NCBI GenBank assembly: GCA_951406725.2
Contig: OX597815.1
Location: 63,054,001 to 63,118,000, forward strand
Length of the DNA: 64,000 bases
Origin: Octopus vulgaris
Taxonomy: Eukaryota
Direction of reading: 5' to 3'
A program made the position numbers and the translations under genes. Position 1 is the stretch's first letter. Each line of letters begins with the position of its first letter. The notes under the pieces were generated by a model. That model was not told the origin of the DNA, did no database searches, and saw nothing but the letters and a program-made list of their open reading frames with translations. Positions 57,722 to 64,000 of this stretch are shown piece after piece.

Positions 57722-58560
57722 TAGCAGGCCAAGATCAATACCTACCTAAAAGAAGCCACCAGGCCAACATATTAAAGGACGGCAGTAGCCAAATAATGTC
57801 ATGTATGTAAACAACAAAATGAAACCATCGATCATGTTTCCTTGTGCAATCATCTTGCGCCTACAGAGTATCTCAACAGGCATGATAGAGCAGCGCAGTA
57901 ATTTACAAAGACCTAGACCTGCCCCATGATAAAAACTGATGGGAACACAAACCATCGCCTGTGCTTGAAAATGACCACGTCTCACTCTTTGTAACTTCAC
58001 CTTTCAAACTGTCAGAAAAATAGACGCAAATAGGACTTCAGACAAAAATCTTGCCTCCTCACCGATATGACTGACCCAATCGATATAAATATACCTGTCA
58101 AGACCTACTAAAAACTGAACAAGCATAAAGATCTTGAACTAGAAATTGGCAAAATGTGGAACATCAAGATTAAAACATTACCTAGCTCAGATACCAAGAA
58201 ATTCAAAAATGGAAGAAATTTTAAAAATGGTGCTCATGGGAACTGCCTATATCCTACTTTAAATATTGTCTGTGTAATTCCAAAAATATTTTAATCCGTA
58301 AACAGTGTCAAAATACTTTCAAATGTACATAACAGCAAACAACTTTTACTGTCATCTTCACATCAGACAATCATCTTGTATTCGAATTTTCTAATTTACT
58401 TGTTTTGACAGACATTCTCTAGAACAATACTTTGTGCAAAACCAAATGTATGGAACCCTAGTCATAACACCAACATGAACATTTAACTTGTTGTACTTTG
58501 AGGTCTCTGGGTGAGACTTAGAGTCAACTTGTACAAATACAAAACGAAAGTCAGACATAT
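57722..58560 (+). mobile_element. R4/Dong-like 3' fragment with internal deletions
   Basis: Starts after (AAT)n; AGQDQYLP..HQANILK; KHKDLELEIGKMWNIKIKTLP; EILKMVLMGTAYIL; long 3' UTR. Confidence 0.7.
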
Positions 58561-58564
58561 AACA

Positions 58565-59662
58565 ATTGCAGAAGAACTCTATAAATTTCTTGAGGAGAAC
58601 GATATATTACCTATTTCTTTATTACCCACAAGGGGCTAAACACAGAGGGGACAAACAAGGACAGACATAGGTATTAAGTCGATTACATCGACCCCAGTGC
58701 GTAACTGGTACTTAATTTATCGACCCCGAAAGGATGAAAGGCAAAGTCGACCTCATATTACCGCCCGAACAAAACAGCTGTAGGTGATGCAGAGGTACTA
58801 AAGAACAACTGTTGTCAACAGCTCTCATTGTTTGTGATGAAACGCGTAATAGGAGAAAAGAACAGGAATGAACTACAAAGAGAGCACGTTACACAGATCG
58901 AGGGGAAACTTGTGCATAGCCAATTTTAGAGAGTCACTGAAGACGTATGTGAAGCAAAATCCTAGGCTTGTTTAAAAAAAGGGGCAATTAAAAAAAGAAA
59001 CAGAGAGAGGAGAGTAATTGTATCATAGCAGTCCAAGACCAAGCGATAAAAACAAACAACTTGAGAAAAAATATATATGGAGAAGATGTGTCAGAAAAAT
59101 ACAGAGCTTGTGGAACTTGGAAAAAAGACAGTAGCACACACTGTGAAAGAATGCCCCCAATTTGGCACAGGAAAAGATATAAGAAATAAAGGCACTACCA
59201 GGTTAAACTAGAAACTGTGCCAGAAATGGTGATTTGAAGCAGGAAACACATGGTACAACCATCGAGTCGAAAGAGTACTAGAGTCGGAGAAATGTAAAAT
59301 TTTGTGGGACTTCCCTTTTCAAACGGACAAGAAACTAGAAAACAATAGACTAGATATTACGTTCATAGATAAAGAAAAGCGAAGTTTTGGAATATGAGAA
59401 CAGTAAAGGTCGTGCCTATAATAATTGGTGCGTTGGGAACAGTAAGCCAAGATATAGACAAAAGGCTAAAGAAGATTGAAATAGAATGACTGGTGGAGCT
59501 CCTACGGAAAGTTTGCCTCTTATGGACAGCAAAGGTTATCAGGACTTGAGAGACTGCCGAAAGCGTGTAGATACCTAAAGTTACAGGTAGTAACCTGCTA
59601 CTCACATAAATCCTACTAGGAATAAGATCAAACCTGAGCTTTGTTTCAATAATAATAATAAT
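58565..59662 (+). mobile_element. R4/Dong-like fragment (RT2 region fused to CCHC/RLE), (AAT)n tail
   Basis: EELYKFLEENDILP[SINE]PEQNSCR.CRGTKEQLL; WYNHRVERVLESEKCKILWDFPFQTDKKLENNRLDI; VVPIIIGALG. Confidence 0.85.
58612..58754 (-). mobile_element. SINE family B, 5'-truncated, with an 8-bp TSD
   Basis: atattacc at both 58604-58611 and 58755-58762; body gaggtcgactttgcctttcatcctttcggggtcgataaattaagtaccag...gtgggtaataaagaaata. Confidence 0.9.
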
Positions 59663-59855
59663 ATCGCTAAAGATTTGAACAGATAAAACAGGAAATAGAC
59701 ACAAAACCCAGTTTAGTGCAACTCCAGAAAACAGTGTTATTAGGGACAGCTAGGATGCTTAGGAGGGTTCTTGGCAACTAAGCTTACTTGTTGCCTGATG
59801 TCAGGAATTTTCCTTTTCCAACAGTCTAATCTGTTGTGTGTATATGAATAATATT
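59663..59855 (+). mobile_element. R4/Dong-like extreme 3' end, same family as 11608-11790
   Basis: cccagtttagtgcaactccagaaaacagtgttattagggacagctaggat...aacagtctaatctgttgtgtg is the reverse-complement match of 11610-11750. Confidence 0.85.
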
Positions 59856-61280
59856 AAGAAGAAGAGCAACAACAACAGCAACACCAATAACAACAACAAC
59901 ATCAACAATAATAATAATATAGAACAGCAAGAAAATAGGCCGCATAACGAGTGAATTTTTATCAGATGTTGATGACTAAAATACTATCGGAAACTAGCCG
60001 TTTATGTACAAAATAATTTTTTCTTTCATTATTTCAGTTTTAATTAAGATTGGGGTGGAATATTTATTCTGCTTATATCAATGAGTGTATGATGTACATC
60101 AAAAATAGTCCTACGTAATTAGTTATAAAAATATCGATTCGAGTATACAATATACATAATGAAACATAGTCAAATCGATACTTTCTAGGTGGAGTTACTT
60201 TTTTTTTTTTGTTACTTTCCCGCTGTTATCAACCTCTGAAAGTATCTGAGATGTTTCGATTTAAAATGTTTAAAAAATTCCAACATTAAACATGAATTGA
60301 TATTTTGAGTTTTAACTTCTACAAATACACGTTAAGTTACGTGATTACTTTCGTTGAGTCGCCAGCCTCATTTTCGTATTCAGGAACGCATATTACTAAC
60401 CACTTGTATTTCCGCTCTGTTGTTATTAAACTATCTCTGTAATCTACGTCTAATAGCGATACTCATCAAAAATCAATTTATTAGCGGATTCATTAATTTA
60501 ACGTCCAATTAATTAACTGATTAATTACAAATATTTGGTTCGAGAATTAATGAGAATATCATAATAATATTTACTGTTTTTCAAAAGGTGGAATTTATTT
60601 CGTGTCACAAGTAGCTTTGATGTATCAACTTTTCAGTATATATGTGTGTGTGCGTGTATGTGTATGTATGTGTGCGCGTGCGTGTGTTTGTGTGTGTGTT
60701 CACATACACACAACAACATATTAGATATGAGTATGTATGCATATATGTATGTGTTTAAGTATATGAATACACGCACACATATATACTTACACATACTTAA
60801 TATTTGTGTGTGTGAGCGTGCGTATGAATATATATATATATATATATATACATACACACATACATACATGCATCCATGCATACGTACATATATACATACA
60901 TAGTTGCATGCATACATACATACACACACATGCACTTACGCACACATATATACATACATACATACACATACATGCTTGTTACGTAGTCTGAATCAAAAAT
61001 TGCTCAAAGCAAATATACAAAAATAACTAAATAGTAAATTCGAGGGATGCCTACGCATATCTTATAGCCTGTTCCATACCAAAGGTACAGGTGTAGTCTT
61101 CTTCAGCTGGAGAACAGACAGAAGATATTTAAAATATCAAGTTATATACACTTGCGAAACAAGATGCTCAAAATGTGTAATAACTGAGTCTAAACATCCG
61201 TAGACCTATCTCTTTACGCGTAAAAAATATCAATTGAAGGGCGTCAAGAAGTTTAGGTGAAACCTATGTTAACAGCTATA

Positions 61281-62150
61281 TCTTTATATATATAAAACTG
61301 AGAATGTCTGTCTGTCTGTGTGTTTCCCTAAAACTTGAGAACTACAGAACCAATTTCATTCAAATTTTACACATGCCTTACTTAGGGTCCGGGGAGTGTC
61401 ATCGGCCTAAAAAATTTTGAACTTTTTTCCTAGGGCGAGCCCACAGCAATATCATATCTTCTCCACTACGATTCCCTAAAACTTGAGAACTACACAACCA
61501 ATTTCATTCAAATTTTATACATGCCTTACTTAGGGTCCATGTAGTTTCATGGGGAAAAAAACGTTCAGCTTCTTGCCTAGAGCGAGCCCATAACAATATC
61601 ATATCTTCTCCACTATTTCAGTATTACGTGTTAAAAGTGAAACAAAAACATTTCTCTATTTTATGTCAGATACTTTCACTTTAACAATAAAAATAATAAT
61701 AACAATTGAATTATATGTAGTAAGTAATAATTAAAATCAAACTAAAGTATAATATAATCGTAACATAACAAAAGTAAAAATAGCAATTGGTATAAAATTG
61801 CATCAATGACTTGAACTTGAATAAGTGGTTTCACATGAATGGGAATAAATTAAAAATAAAATTAGCGTGCAAAAATGGAATAGTCTAGATGGATAATAAA
61901 AAATTTAATTAAAGAAAAGACTATTGTCTATAAAGTATACAATGTAGAGAAAAAAGAAGATTTGAACACATGGGGGAAAGCACCGTCGAAAAATGTCTTG
62001 GTGCGACTATGAAAGGTAAATTCACCACAATAGAAGCAAGGTTCGAGTCAACGGAGCGTGCAAGGGAGTACTCGACTCGAACTTGTAAAGTGGAAATATT
62101 TTATATTTACCTTTATATCTGGGACGTAGGACGTCCCGGAAAAAAATTTA
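61281..62150 (+). mobile_element. Non-autonomous Helitron-like element with an internal 148-bp tandem duplication
   Basis: A|TCtttatatatataaa, (tgtc)n; units 61324-61471 and 61472-61615; GC hairpin ctgggacgt-agg-acgtcccgg at 62119-62139, but terminal CTRR not intact. Confidence 0.6.
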
Positions 62151-62161
62151 TACATACATAC

Positions 62162-62341
62162 ATAGGGAGAATTCACAAAAAACAAAAGACGAAGACAGGT
62201 AGTGTAGACAACAAACAGATGTATTAGTATAACGCGCTCGGAAAGTGAAAAAGTATTTAACGTTTCGAACTTACGTTCTCCACAGAAAGGAACACAGAAA
62301 GAAACAATGAGAAAAAATAAAGAATGTATAGTGGCTAGCGG
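62162..62341 (-). mobile_element. Short Penelope-pLTR-like repeat with a variant minimal hammerhead motif
   Basis: Minus 62289-62255: CUUU-CUGUGGA-GAAC-GUAA-GUUC-GAAA-CGUU-AAAU; bounded by microsatellites. Confidence 0.5.
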
Positions 62342-62370
62342 TGTGTGTATGAGTTTGTGTGTTATATATA

Positions 62371-62900
62371 CGAGGTGTGACCGTGCATAGACAGTGAAAG
62401 TTGAGCTGAGAATCTGCATCAAATTTTGTCAAAAGCTTGACGATACCTGCTCAGAGGCCTATGCAAAGTTTTCAAAAAGTTTTCGTCGTTCTCGACACAA
62501 TCAAGGAGATCTTATCCAACTGAAACTCGAGTGTGCTTTTGGTCAGCTGAAAGCTGTGCTGGCACAAACTTGACAGACACGCGTCTCATACCCAAATCTC
62601 ACACCCAAACTACAGATAGTGATTCGACGATTTCCTCTCACAGCTACACGCTCATCTGAGATGCTTTTCTCAGTTCTGCTGTTCGTCAATATGGACATTT
62701 TTCGGCCATCTTGGAAACGTCTGAACCACTATGCACTCGTGTGCAGCTCATACACTCCTCTCCAACCACTAGATCGTTAAATTTCAGTGCGCATGCACAG
62801 CAGAGTTTTAAGGTCAATCTTTGCCAAGCGGCTTTATTCTGCGTGCTTTAGCTTCGTTACTATGACAACAGTCCGGATACTTATTGATCAGATCCCTACA
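62371..62900. mobile_element. Rearranged mariner relic with two convergent transposase 5' fragments
   Basis: Plus: ELRICIKFCQKLDDTCSEAYAK; minus: DLGMRRVSVKFVP.QLSADQKHTRVSV..DLLD..ENDENFLK; right TIR agtccggatacttattgatcagatccct. Confidence 0.8.
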
Positions 62901-63289
62901 TATAAGTTTAAAAATATATAGTAAATGCACAAGCGAAAAACAGACGAAGGTCCCCAAATCGTCATCAGTTATCAACCAATAAGTCTGGCGCAATTTCGTG
63001 ACTTTAACGAAAGAGCTGCAGGGAACATGGCACCGGTAACAGACAAACAATGCATGGATAACAAGTGATAGAGAAGTGAACATACGAAAATGAATAACTG
63101 TAATTCAAGACGAGATCGTTAGTGGACGGACGAGGGACAAAGACGAAATTTGGGACCTTCTCTTTCTTTTTCCATTCGTCTGTGCATTTACTCTTATTTT
63201 TACTTGCCGTCCTTTGTCTTCCTTAAGTTTGTACATTTTTTAACTTATTAATTACCGGAACACAACGCACCTATGCTATTTTTATGTGT

Positions 63290-63478
63290 GTGTGTGTTTG
63301 TGTATGTGTGTGTGTGGGTGTGTATTTGTCCTCCTACAACCATTGTTGGTGTGTTTGCATCCCCCGTAAATTAAAAAATAAGTTTTGGGGTGGATTCATT
63401 AGACTAAAGAAAATCTTCAATGCGGTGCCCCAGTATGGCCTCAGTTTAATAACTGAAACAAGTACAAGATAAAAGATA
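63290..63478 (+). mobile_element. SINE family A, 3' half (decayed)
   Basis: tttgtcc...gttggtgtgtttgcatccccgtaa...gcggtgccccagtatggcc...actgaaacaagt. Confidence 0.7.
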
Positions 63479-63490
63479 TATATATGTATA

Positions 63491-63894
63491 TAAGGTTGTC
63501 TGATAAATTCGTTCGGTTTTTTTTTCCTTATTAGTTTTAATCCATATTTTTCATCAATAGTCAATAATATATTCTCCTTTTCTTCTTTGTCGACGTTCCT
63601 CCAGATTGTCAATGCCTTTACAGTAGAAATCACTGGCACTTGACTCGAAGAATTCATGAAGCCACGTTTTTAGCTCCATGTCGTTGTTGAACGAAACACT
63701 TCACAGATTGGTGAAGAGAGGTCGAAAAATATAATAATCTGAAGGTGCTATATCAGGAGAATATGCTGGATGCGAAAGAACTTCCTAACCGAGCCCTTGA
63801 TTAGAACTTTTGAATAGGTTAAAACTATTGATGAAAAACCTGGCTTAAAACTAACGGGTGGGGGAAAACGAACGAATTTATCTGACGACCCTTT
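63491..63894 (-). mobile_element. mariner (DD34D) deletion derivative/MITE
   Basis: TIRs aaggttgtctgataaattcgttcg / cgaacgaatttatctgacgaccctt in a TA context; EVLSHPAYSPDIAPSDYYIFR...WLHEFFES....FY.KGI..L.ER. Confidence 0.9.
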
Positions 63895-64000
63895 ATATGT
63901 ATATGTGTATGTGTATATATATATGTAAATATATATATATGTATATATTATCTTTTACATATTTCAGTCATTCGGCTGCGGTCTGCTGAGACACCAACTT

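Noticed and set aside
59962-60005. ttgatga-ctaaaatactatcg-gaaactagcc, hammerhead-like spacing
   Set aside because: Too many substitutions are needed in the core, helix II and triplet; cannot be distinguished from chance without a family consensus
61324-61615. Direct repeats considered as a CRISPR-like or spacer array (also 10065-10338)
   Set aside because: Only two long units, no repeat-spacer periodicity, eukaryotic context, no cas genes

Overview
This is AT-rich animal genomic DNA, saturated with microsatellites ((TA)n, (CA)n, (TATG)n, (GATA)n, (TAA)n, (CAT)n) and decayed transposons. The SINE families and overall composition point to a coleoid cephalopod, most likely Octopus (inference, not database-checked). 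I find no supportable host protein-coding exon, tRNA or rRNA, so the window looks intergenic or intronic, and almost all ORFs in the supplied track are translated microsatellites. Recognisable coding relics: an RTE LINE 3' end, many R4/Dong-like RLE retrotransposon fragments embedded in (TAA)n, Tx1/L1-like ORF2 and ORF1 relics, a Penelope GIY-YIG fragment, and Tc1, mariner and maT-like transposases. Also present are hAT MITEs, two non-autonomous Helitrons and at least three tRNA-derived SINE families. The most notable signal is a set of small non-coding elements carrying type I hammerhead ribozymes. One looks fully intact (3227-3333, minus strand, with an extended G.U-rich helix II). One is near-intact and sits inside a foldback (40128-40206). 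One lies in a 429-bp 'unit-plus-105-bp' direct-repeat element (46741-47274). Two are relics (about 24012 and 62255). Together they suggest several Penelope-mobilised, retrozyme-like families associated with microsatellites. Coordinates were read by eye, and element boundaries may be off by a few to tens of bp.
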